Assembly (NCBI GenBank): GCA_030141605.1
Contig: JAQGDQ010001903.1
Coordinates: 1-21,552 of the forward strand
Reading direction: 5' to 3'
DNA: 21,552 nucleotides
DNA from: Tubiluchus corallicola
Lineage: Eukaryota > Animalia > Priapulida
Shown: positions 10,394-21,552 of the stretch, in pieces
Position numbering within the stretch: position 1 is the first letter of the stretch
How the letters are laid out: every line of letters begins with the position of its first letter
Made by a program: the position numbers and the translations under genes
Notes under the pieces: model-generated
Seen by the model: only the letters and a program-made list of their open reading frames with translations
What the model was told of the DNA's origin: nothing
Database searches by the model: none

Positions 10394-12460
10394 CTGCTGC
10401 TGTTTTACTAATTCAGAACCTTAAGAGTTTGCTGCATTTTGCATGAGTTCTTGAAAGACTGCTCTCACTAAGGAGTGATTACGTTACATATGACAATTTT
10501 TGTAAGTTTCTACTCCTCACACAATGGATTTTCATTCAAAATTACATACAAAATGCATTTGCTTACCTTAGACAAATTAAAGATTGATTTTTGACGAAAA
10601 AATTGAAAAAAGCTTTCAGTAACTGCAGTGTCTGCACTGTAACAATGTACAGTATCACTTCTGTACTAATCGGCTAATGCAGAAAATTTCAACTATCCGG
10701 ACACAACACTCTGACACACTTTGGCCTCAAGTCTGTTCCATTTTTAAGGAGTTTTTTTCTGTTAAAAGATGAAACGACCTTAATTTCTTCTTAGTTGATG
10801 ATTTTGGGCTATAACAAGCAAGCGATCAATAAAATAGTGTGTACGATCACGCAAGTGTACACCAGACAAAGCTACTCAATTTCTAAGTTGGAGCGCTTGA
10901 AAAAGGGCGTGTTTTTCTTAATTTTATCCAATTAAATTATTTATAAATATTTAAGCAAATAGCATGATTGGATAGCCAAGATTTTCTTAGATAGAACTGC
11001 ATCTAATTTGTAACAATTAACTTATAACTGTGTTCATACAGTAGTAGAAAAGCATAGGTCCTATAAGACCTATTTTTGAATGGCGCAGTCCTGAAGGAGT
11101 TAAAAAGGTCCCAAATGCTCATGCGAATGTGGCGTTGGCTGCTAGTCAGTGCAACTTCAGTATTTCAGCAAAAAAGGTGCCTAGCACCAATTTTTGCAAA
11201 TATAAGTTTACCAAGACTGCTTAGGATGATAAAAAATACTAAGATACGGATTTACCACAAAATTATCAACAGCAGATGAGTATCTAAAGACTTTTTATTT
11301 GCAGGTACTTAAGAAACAATTTTTGCAACTGGCAGCCCTGCCAAAAGTTGACAGTTAAAAAAACTTGGGATGCAGATGAGCAAAAAGCAGTAAGGCTAGA
11401 GCAAAGTTTATAAATTTTATATAGAAAAGTTAATGAACCATAATGTTATTTTGCAACAAATTGTAAAAATCAGCGTTGGCTTTTCAGAATCAGCTTAAAC
11501 CAAATGTGAACGGTGGAGTGCATCAAGGGTTTATACTGTCACCATTTTTCCAGTTAATTTACATAAACAACATTGCATAGTGCGTTAATAACTATAATAA
11601 TTAATATTGTTTCAAGTAGCAGAGGACAGTGCGCACAGAAAATGCAATAGTCTATCAAAAAATCATCATTAATTCGCTGAATTACTATTCTATATATATA
11701 TATATAGAATATATATAAGATATATAGAGCACGCAGTTTCTACTAGACTAAACCATCAATAAAAAATTAAATATAACTTAAAGGAAGACCGGAGGATTGT
11801 TTAGACTCAATCTCATATAATATACATTTTCTTGCCTATAAAAGTTGACAATTGTTTCTTATATTTGAATAATTAGCTTAAAAAGTCGAACACAGCTATT
11901 GCTTACCTCAGAAACTGACCACAGTTTGTGCAATGGCAGGCATCTTCCCTTGCGCGTCAAGCATGTTTGTGTAAGTGTTACAGTTTAAATGTGTAATGTC
12001 ACGAAAATGGGCTTTACATTATGTGACGCAGGAAACTAGCACTGCAGTTCATGATCATGTTTATCACGGTACCGCCTTCTATTTGTCGGCCACGAGAATG
12101 TGACAAAAAGGCGCTGCTGCCAATCTTAGTAGAATCACGGAGCCGCGCTTAGCTTTGAAAGTTTAACAAAATTTAAGTATCCGAGGTAATTTTTATTTAA
12201 TTTAAGCTTCGATTTAAAAAAAGCTATTGCAGTTTTCAATATTTTAGAGCATTCTTTATTCTGAGCTCGCGTTTACACAATCATCCGGTTTTCTTTTAAT
12301 AGCTGTAAGAGGAGCCTACATTTATAGCATCAACTTACTATAGTAACATAAACGTGACTCCGTGGACAATAAAATACAGTGAAAATAATCAAATATGTAA
12401 TATAAACCGAGGAACTACTGTTAAAACTTGTTAAACCGAGAAAACAAATAAAAATTTACA

Positions 12461-12478
12461 ATACTGTTTGTGACGCCA
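12461..12478 (-). other. Primer-binding site, tRNA-Ser-like (TGGCGTCACAAACAGTAT on the minus strand)
   Basis: 16/18 match to the complement of the vertebrate tRNA-Ser(CGA) 3' end as I recall it (ATCCTGTTCGTGACGCCA). Directly follows ...ATTACA on the minus strand. Confidence 0.65.
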
Positions 12479-13464
12479 TGTAATAATTAAGTCAGGACGT
12501 TAAGAAATCAGAGTACTGTGTTCAGGGTTCTCGAGCGTTTCCGTCACTTTTATTGCTAAATCTACAGGATAATCATTTATTTGTGTAGGCTACGTGAATC
12601 CGTGTCACTGGTGAAACACTTGTGTGCACGTGCAAATTATTTAATCAGAACGACAACGGAACTAAAAGCTAATATTTAGATTTAGAATTTAATCAGTAAA
12701 ACAACAATAGCAAATTAAATTGATAACAATTTCCAACAATACCTAATTCCCCCAAAAGTAACGTTGGCCGGTTACGCTTCTGTCTCTCATCAGGCTTTTG
12801 GATCTATCAACCACGCTCTTGAGTCTCCAACCATACCGCATCAGCTTTTCATCTCCAGTAGTCAGCCACGTCCTCGCCAGCAACTCTTTGCCAATGGTCA
12901 CCAATCCAGCCTCTGCATGGACCACGCTTTAAAACTGCTCCAGCAATCTAGCGGTTGACCTCGTACCTGGTTGCCTCGGGCTTGAACTCTTGCCTGGTTG
13001 CCTCAGACTCCCAGATATCGTCCTTTTGCAGGGTGACAAACAGAACCTTCAGTTCAGACAGACCATTGGTCCAAGTAGAACTGGTCCTCGACTGGTTTTC
13101 CACTACTATTCAACGAGAATTTGAGTCCTATTCTGCAGGTAGAAATATGGTTACCAAACACTTGCTTCTTGGAATGTCAAGACAGTGTCATCACAGCAAA
13201 CAACGAATAAACTAAAGCAGACAAAACCATTGTCTTTGTGATAAATCATCTCACTGCATACGAGTGCCATCAAAGACAGGTTCACACCAAACTTGGTGTT
13301 CAGCCATATAAAATAACCACAGGATGTGGACTAACCAGCAAAACTCCACCACCCTGTAACTTCGGCAGTCAGAACATAACTAGTGTAAAACACGAACTCT
13401 GTAGTAAGCTCCCAAAACAGGTTGAAGCCATTTGGCATTCGAATTTTCAGGTAACCTAATTACA
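12479..13464 (-). mobile_element. Minus-strand LTR relic (3' end at 12479 firm, 5' end uncertain)
   Basis: Minus strand reads AATAAA (~12549-12554), a U5-like stretch, ...ATTACA, then the PBS. A matching ATTACA terminus occurs at 13459-13464 but no TSD was confirmed. Confidence 0.45.
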
Positions 13465-13915
13465 GGTAAGCAGAGAAATAAGCGGCCAGAGCCATCTAGT
13501 GTCAAAATCTTACAAAAACACACAATGTAATATAAGTTTAAATAAACAGTGCAATAAATCAATCAGGTAATTAGATCATTAATTATGCACACACAACGTC
13601 ATAGGAAAGATATATCAAAATAGGTGTTGCGACAATGATGGGTGGTGTAACCGATCATCACACTGTTCAAATAAACGATATCAATGCTGTTAGAGTGCTT
13701 ATATCGGTAACAAATCAAAGTTATGCCGATTCAAGGGCAAAATATATATGCAAATCGTATAATTCGAACGTTTAATAAAAAAAGAAACGCGGTCATTAGT
13801 AGATTTTACTTATAACCAAGAAATGGTTATTAATTTTCCTAAAAAGATTAAGTGTGATATTGAACTGAAATGCGCATGTAATTCAATATTTAGGCAAGAA
13901 AAACGTATTAAGATA

Positions 13916-14045
13916 CTAGATAGATAGATAGATAGATAGATAGATATTTTATTTCTGAAAATCAAATTTCCAACACGAAAAGTACAAAGTCAACTCATAC
14001 CCGATGGTTTTATCAGCGGGCAGAGCTCGGGTAATGATCATACTG
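13916..14045 (-). mobile_element. Probable LINE/SINE 3' end with stem-loop and (TCTA)n tail
   Basis: (TAGA)n at 13917-13944, TTTATT next to it, and an inverted repeat TACCCGA/TCGGGTA at ~13998-14033. Confidence 0.4.
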
Positions 14046-14588
14046 ACGATACTAACAATTTGACTCAATATAGCTGCACAAGGTATACACACAGGTATAC
14101 AAATTTAGTTGTAAACTCTATGAAGCGAAACTAAGCATATGTACACACGTGATAAACAAATATTTTACCTATGGCATTGAAGTACTTTTCTACCTTATTT
14201 CCTCAAAAATCTAAAGTGACAAACATACAGTTTGAACAATAACGAAAAAGGAAAGAAACAAAGACGTTATTAACTAATGGCCTAAAAGGGAATACTTGTA
14301 TAGCCATACTAGGAGGGAAAATTTGATACGCTACGTATGCTATTACCGTTTATTTCACGGATCAAGTTTAAACACATAATTTCTAGTTCAGCATGTACAG
14401 CATATACAGGGGAGATAATAGCATAACTTCTTAACACGAAACTGAAGAAACGAAGCAATTTATTGTGGCCTTTCAGCACTGAGGTGAACGAACTAAATTT
14501 AAGCACGTTTTTAGAATATTCGATGTAATAATATACAATCATTAAACACAAAACAAAAATATAACGAAGCCATTAATCTGGTAGTCTC

Positions 14589-15073
14589 ATATAGGTTTTA
14601 CATGTCAAATGTAGACCTGCGTTAACTCAAATGTAGATTTAGGTAATTCAAATGTGTCTTGGTAACTCAAATGTAGATTTAGGTAGTTCAAATGTGTCTT
14701 GGTAACTCAAATGTAGACTTAGGTAGTTCAAATGTGTTAACAATAGTTTTCAAGAAATCTTGAGCATTTTTGGTAAGTCAAATGTAGACACATGTCAAGT
14801 CAAATGTGACATAGGTATCTCAAAAGTCAATAGGTGTTAATGTTCAAGGATGTTAAATTTAATCTTCCTTAATTTCAATTTAATAATTGATCCTAAGTTA
14901 AAATAAAAACGTTATAGGCCTACTAATAGATGCACTATCTTTGGTTTATCTTTTTCTAATTTGCACTTAAATAACTTAGTTACCGATTTATTCAAAGTAA
15001 TGCATCTACATTTGACTTACCTAAGTCACATTTAAACTTTCCTGTGTCTACATTTGACATGTAAAACCTATAT
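14589..15073. mobile_element. MITE / foldback-type element with 28-bp terminal inverted repeats and internal ~20/40-bp subrepeats
   Basis: ATATAGGTTTTACATGTCAAATGTAGAC (14589-14616) is the exact reverse complement of 15046-15073. TCAAATGT-containing subrepeats run forward on the left arm and inverted on the right arm. No ORF. Confidence 0.85.
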
Positions 15074-15565
15074 AATATTGAGTTTCCATTCATCATATCA
15101 TTCTATTCTGAAGTACTAAATGTTTTCTTTATCACCTGATTCGCTTCATAATTTTCAGTTTATTTTCATTACTTTTTTTACTTTCACACTGTGGGACAAT
15201 CTACCATGCCCTGGTTTTTGATTGCCCGCAACACAATTACATTTTTACATAAGCAAACATAGTGTGAGGCTTATCTTGTATATAAACAATAAAAATTATT
15301 TGTATTAATGTCGTTGTAGGCCTTTTCACTATATTTTGTACATAAAGTTGTAAATATGTTTTTTGAAGTAAATGACTTATACTCTAGACTATAGGATAGG
15401 AAGGGCAACAACAGTAAAACTGCTGAGTTTAAAAACAAACCTTTGATAATGACATATCAGCAGGCCTAATTTCAGCAGTGCAATGGACAATTTGAATTTT
15501 AGGCGCATATTTCGAATGTTCCAATGTAATAATAATAGGCTGCCTTACTACTTACTGTCTGCAAG

Positions 15566-16215
15566 TTAGATTAGATTAGATTTTTTTTAGATTTAATAGA
15601 TTTATTTCGCAATAAACATATACATATACATTACATGTGCATCGATAATCAGTTTTTGTTAATACAAAAATATAAAATTCATGAATTCTGCGCTAGAGGC
15701 CTAAGAAGCTAGCTTATAGTAGGCCACTAGAATTAGTTACGAAAAAAAATTACAGTATATACAGATACATATTACAATATATACAAATATAAATACGGGT
15801 GGGAAGTAATAAAAATGTTATTATACTAGAGGGGAAGTTTTTGAAAATGAAAAACAACAAATCATGATTGAGTGATCAGTTATAGGTTTCAAGTAAGTTT
15901 AATTTATATTTTTTGGCATTTTTAATAGCTGGAACAATTGAATTCCATATGTAAGGGCCATTGTATTTAATAGAAAATTTTCTAACATTAGTGTTGCACT
16001 GTATGTAGTGATAGTTCAGTCTATAACGTGTGCCGTAATTATGTATCTCAGCATTCAAACAAAAATAATCAGTAAATAAGGGAGGCAATAATTTATGAGA
16101 GAATTTGTACATGAAAATGGCAGTTTGGAACTTATTAATGTCATAAATGTTTACAAAGTTTAGTCTTTTAAATATTGGTGGTGTATGGTCCTGATAACCG
16201 GCAGATGTTATAGTT
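15566..16215 (-). mobile_element. 5'-truncated non-LTR retrotransposon (CR1/L2 group, Crack/Daphne-like): ORF2 C-terminus, 3' UTR and (TCTAA)n tail
   Basis: HTPPIFKRL...FMYK...LP...H.YGTR...SIKYNGPYIWNS is the typical post-RT C-terminal region of these LINEs. 3'-UTR hairpin at 15693-15730; AATAAA and short tandem tail at ~15566-15606. Confidence 0.85.
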
Positions 16216-16410
16216 ACTGTTTGCAAACTCTTCGAGAAGTGTTCCGAACTGATTTCCTGCGAGTTACTGTGAACGCTTCCGCGAGTTACTCTTCCTTTTG
16301 GAGTAAATAGAAAAGAGAGTGTTTGCTTGCGCTTACTGTCGGAGAGTAACTCGCAGCAAGTTTTGCTCTCTAGTCTGAACACGCTTGCGAGTTACTGTTT
16401 AGTGTGAAGT
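16212..16410. repeat. Fragment with repeated GCGAGTTACT motifs (three direct, one inverted); likely a MITE remnant
   Basis: GCGAGTTACT at ~16259, 16281 and 16387; AGTAACTCGC at ~16345; ends in AGTGTGAAG. Confidence 0.45.
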
Positions 16411-17072
16411 AGATGTATGTGTTTTGTTAGGGCGAAAAAGTTTGGTAATTTTAATAATTCAAGAAAAGTAGTGTGCGAAAAAGTACAAATTCGTTAAATA
16501 GAATGCAAGTACAAAATGACTGTACTCCGTAAAATTGGTACATTCGTTTTTTTCGTTTTATTGCAAATGATAACAGCCACTACATTATTGGTGATTTCTC
16601 AGTATTTTTACGGAATTAGAGCTAAGAGTTTTACAAAACAAATTTCCACTTCACGAAACAAAAATGATTTTTTTATGAATAGCGTATTAAAGTTTTTTCG
16701 TGATTTAAAAATTCTGTATGCATTGCCCTTTTGTCACTGTCGCTGCTTCACTGTCTGAACAAAATTATCACCTCATGATGTGTATCAAAATTTGTGCTCT
16801 TTCGTAAATATTAGGTCTTTTCCTGACAGGATGGGTGAATAAACTAATATTGAATTAAAACCACCGGACATTTCTAGACACTTTGCTTGAATGTAAATTT
16901 CGAAGTCTCCAGGACGGAAAACAGGAACTAAAATGTAAAAAAAACTTGCGAGTCATGTAGAATACAGTCCGGTCATAATTCCAATTTCGAATTCAATCAG
17001 CACATGCTGTAAATAGGTAATTAACTACGCTTACTATAATACTAGCACAAGCCCAGAACACACTGTGACAAG

Positions 17073-17559
<487 letters not shown>

Positions 17560-18085
17560 GTGACAAGTACCATTGCACTTCATTATAATATTATACATGA
17601 AAACTTCAATTTTGGTAGCGTGGTGGGGATCACAGGGGAAGGGGCTGACCGTTGAGGAGGCGGCGCTAAAACACTTTTACCCACGACGTCAAACTACCAA
17701 GACGCTTTAGCCTTGAAACCGTAACGGCCTTGAGCAGGTAATAAGAAACACCGAAGAAATCCCGTCCTTTGTCCTTTAAAGAACTGTGTTTGTTCCAAAC
17801 TAAACCTCTCTTGTACATGTTAGTCTAAGCACTCTCTTGTTAAAATTATTAGCTTAAATTATTCGAAAAGGCAGTAAGTTAAAAACCACTGACTAACGAC
17901 TGACTCTTACTTTTCTAAAAATAGAAGTCAACGCATTTTAGGTGAAAAAATGCACCTTAAAAATGTAGGATTGTGAATTTGCTGAAAATAATAGTGATTT
18001 GGGTTACAGAAAAGAGAAATTATATTATGGAAGTAAACGATGTACTCCTCGCTAGATAAGTGCTGATTTCACGGATCCTCTGAAC

Positions 18086-18578
<493 letters not shown>

Positions 18579-19205
18579 CGTACATAAGTGAACATGATTA
18601 TAACGCAGGTACACAGTACATTAGTAATATTTACAAATATAATTAGTTACATATTTACAATACATACATGAATACAATAATACACAAAATTATACAACGG
18701 GAAAACAAAACAATAAACAGACAGAAATGACAATTATTAACTTTAATAATTATACTTGAAAGTGCCAAACAATTATTTGTATATATTTAATCCTCCATCA
18801 TAAACGTTGAAATTTCATTTTATTCAGTCAATGTAGAAAAAGAGAAATCTCTTGCTTTTATTGTATTTAAAATATCATATATCAAATTTCATATTTCAAA
18901 TATCTCCACCGCCGGAGATACATTAGAAATTTGATCTTCAGTTAGTTTGCATTCCTCTTTAAATATGTTCTATGGTTACGTTAATTAAGTTGTGCACTTA
19001 ATATTTAATTGCAATTTCTTCATTTGGTTGCATTAGGCAGATGGACACAAGCATTAAAATCATCATATAGTTAAGCACATACACGTGACACGTGACAGTC
19101 TTACATTTCCTGTTGTTAGCAAAAATAAAAAGAAAAGAAAATTGTCATTTTGCTCGGATTGGGGTTTCCCATAAAATAAGAATTAAATAATATTTGTGCG
19201 ATTAA

Positions 19206-19219
19206 TATATATATATGTC

Positions 19220-19258
<39 letters not shown>

Positions 19259-19280
19259 TGTGTTTGTGTGTGTGTGTGTG
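19206..19280. repeat. (TA)n/(TG)n microsatellite
   Basis: Directly visible. Confidence 0.95.
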
Positions 19281-19488
19281 CACAAATGGTAATCACCTGC
19301 ATTCTTTTTCCACAGTAATCTTAATAAAACGTGACTATGCTCAACAGGTTACTGAACACTTTATAATCATGATCACAGTTTTTCTTAGTTCTCGCTCCAT
19401 TTCAGCTTTCATTCACTACTCCCCCCACCCACTTTTATGTATATATTATCATTATTTCAATTATTAATTACTTCTTTAAAATTTCCAC

Positions 19489-19533
19489 GTACAGTTTGGC
19501 CTGTCAAGCTATGCTTTTAGGCTCAAACTGTAT
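19489..19533 (+). mobile_element. Stem-loop resembling a CR1/L2-group LINE 3' UTR
   Basis: TACAGTTTG-GCCT...AGGCTCAAACTGTA stem with an AAGCTATGCTT core, similar to the hairpin at 15693-15730. Confidence 0.4.
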
Positions 19534-19674
19534 GCATTAAAATTACTCTGTAATGTAATTTGCACATGTATATGCTGCATAAGAATCTCTTTTGTAATTT
19601 CTGGATAATATTGCATTTATATTTATATTTACTCTAGTGAAATTATCTGTATTTTTATTATAACTGTTAGCTGC

Positions 19675-20952
19675 AGAGTGGAAATAAATAAACTTATATA
19701 CGTTAAGGTAAAGTCAATGCTGTTTAATTTGCTTGAAAAATCAAAGATGAGAAAGTACAAATCTTCTCACGAGTGAGCGGGGGATAACTTCTACAGAATG
19801 CTGTAGCCGAGTGTGCGGCTTTGGGCTTGGATAAAAGCTGTTATGATGGCTACGTCAGTCACCGTGTTTTGCTGCTATAGGTACCTAGACAGGAGACGCG
19901 CTAGGATCTCGCGTCATAATTGTAAACCCGGAGAGGTTGCATAGCAACAAAACAAGATATTGCGAGTTTTAGATATTGCGAGAAGAGACAAGACATATTT
20001 TTTTTCCGCTCCGTATCTAAAGTTATTTTAAGTGGCTGGGAATACGATGGAGATTATATTAGGTACGTTTTTTTCATTCCAATAATAACCCTGAAAGAGT
20101 GCCTGAACCTACAGTTTTATACTCTGCACGCATATATCAATTGTTCACCGTTTTTCCAACACGCGCGAACAAGTTCGGCAACACTCTTAGTGGCTAATTA
20201 TTATGTTTTTGTCCCTCACTTCCTACTTCCGTTCTGACAAACCCACGTGTTTGGCTGATCAACAGAAAATGTCACTTCTAAAAATTGGCTTGACCTCATA
20301 ACCGGTGTGCGTCTTTGCGGGACCCTACCTCTCATGTGACCGAGCTGCGTGCAAGCTAACGTTGTTCTTACTTGCAGAGAACTTTGTGACCTGAATACTT
20401 AGTTACTGACTTACGAATCAGTTACTGATCTGTCAGGTTATAAGTCACCTGCACATTGGACGTTTAGGCAATGGACACTTGGGCAGTTGGCACTTGAGCA
20501 GTGACACTTGAGCAGTGCCACTTGGGCAGTGACACTTGAGCAGTGACACTTAAGCAGTGACACTTGAGCAGTGACACTTGAGCACTGACACTTGGGCAGT
20601 GACACTTGAGCAGTGACACTTGAGCAGTGACACTTGAGCAGTGACACTTGGGCAGTGACACTTGGGCAGTGACACTTGAGCAGTGACACTTGAGCAGTGA
20701 CACTTGGGCAGTGACACTTGAGCAGTGACACTTGAGCAGTGACACTTGGGCAGTGACACTTGGGCAGTGACATTTGAGCAGTGATACTTGAGCAGTGACA
20801 CTTGAGCAGTGACACTTGGGCAGTGACACTTGAACAGTGACACTTGAGCAGTGACACTTGGGCAGTGACACTTGGACAGTGAAAACTAAGAAGTACAAGT
20901 GGTGCAGAAAATTTTCAGAGGAGCACTAGCTACCTACCTACCTACCTGATTA
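19675..20952 (+). repeat. Long direct repeat, copy 2
   Basis: Near-identical to 1..1280 (offset 19674, then 19675 after a 1-nt indel). Confidence 0.97.
20474..20881. repeat. 14-bp minisatellite x ~29 (second copy)
   Basis: Same unit number and variant order as 799-1206 apart from the last two units. Confidence 0.97.
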
Positions 20953-21467
20953 CCTGCCTACCTATTTACCTACCCACCTACATACCTGCTGCCTGCCTAC
21001 CTACCTCACCTACCTACCTAACTACTTGCCTACCTACCTACCTATCTATCTATCTACGTATCTACTTAACATTAGGCTACATACTATGTATATACCAAAT
21101 GCTCCACCTCACCTACCTACCTACCTGTTTTTTTTTTTTTGTTCCTACCTGCTGCCTATCTACCTAAAAACCCACCCATCTACCTGCCTACCTACCTACC
21201 TACAGACCGATCGACCAACCATACGAATAACCGACCTGCCTACCTACTCACCTACCTACCTGCCTACCTACCTACCTACCTACCTACCTACCTATCTACC
21301 TACCTACCTACCTACCTGCTTACCTACCTACCTTCCTACTTAGCTGACTGACTGACTAACCAAAAGCTAACTAATAAACTAAGTACATAATCCACTACTG
21401 TAGTTAATTGTATAATTATTGTATAATTGTGTAATTGTAATCATCCCTTTACTTACTTGTTTACTTG

Positions 21468-21545
<78 letters not shown>

Positions 21546-21552
21546 GCTTGCT
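20929..21552. repeat. Compound tetranucleotide tract (CCTA)n ... (CTTA)n (CTTG)n
   Basis: Directly visible; longer and more degenerate counterpart of 1257-1533. Confidence 0.95.

Noticed and set aside
16216-16382. N-terminal third of the 168-aa minus-strand ORF as LINE protein
   Set aside because: It derives from an adjacent GCGAGTTACT-repeat fragment fused in frame by chance; LINE similarity begins only near ITSAGYQDHT.

Overview
AT-rich, repeat-dense eukaryotic (most likely invertebrate animal) DNA with one convincing host gene. That gene is a two-exon rhodopsin-class GPCR: exon 1 at 8495..8587 (missed by the ORF track) and exon 2 at 9425..10393, about 353 aa. Several of its canonical activation motifs are altered: N2.50/D7.49 swap, DQY for DRY, no CWxP, R7.45. 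The window is bracketed by a ~99% identical direct repeat of at least 1.28 kb (1..~1280 and 19675..~20950, spacing ~19.7 kb), each copy carrying a 14-bp minisatellite and CCTA/CTTA tracts. This suggests a recent tandem duplication or a repeat-bounded unit carrying the receptor. Between the copies lie LTR-retrotransposon relics (PPT plus a 1.6-kb LTR, a related LTR with a tRNA-His PBS, and a minus-strand LTR end with a tRNA-Ser PBS). There are also a 55-bp minisatellite, a foldback MITE, a hAT-type MITE with an 8-bp TSD, a truncated CR1/L2-group LINE and several microsatellites. Most other ORFs in the track are repeat artefacts.
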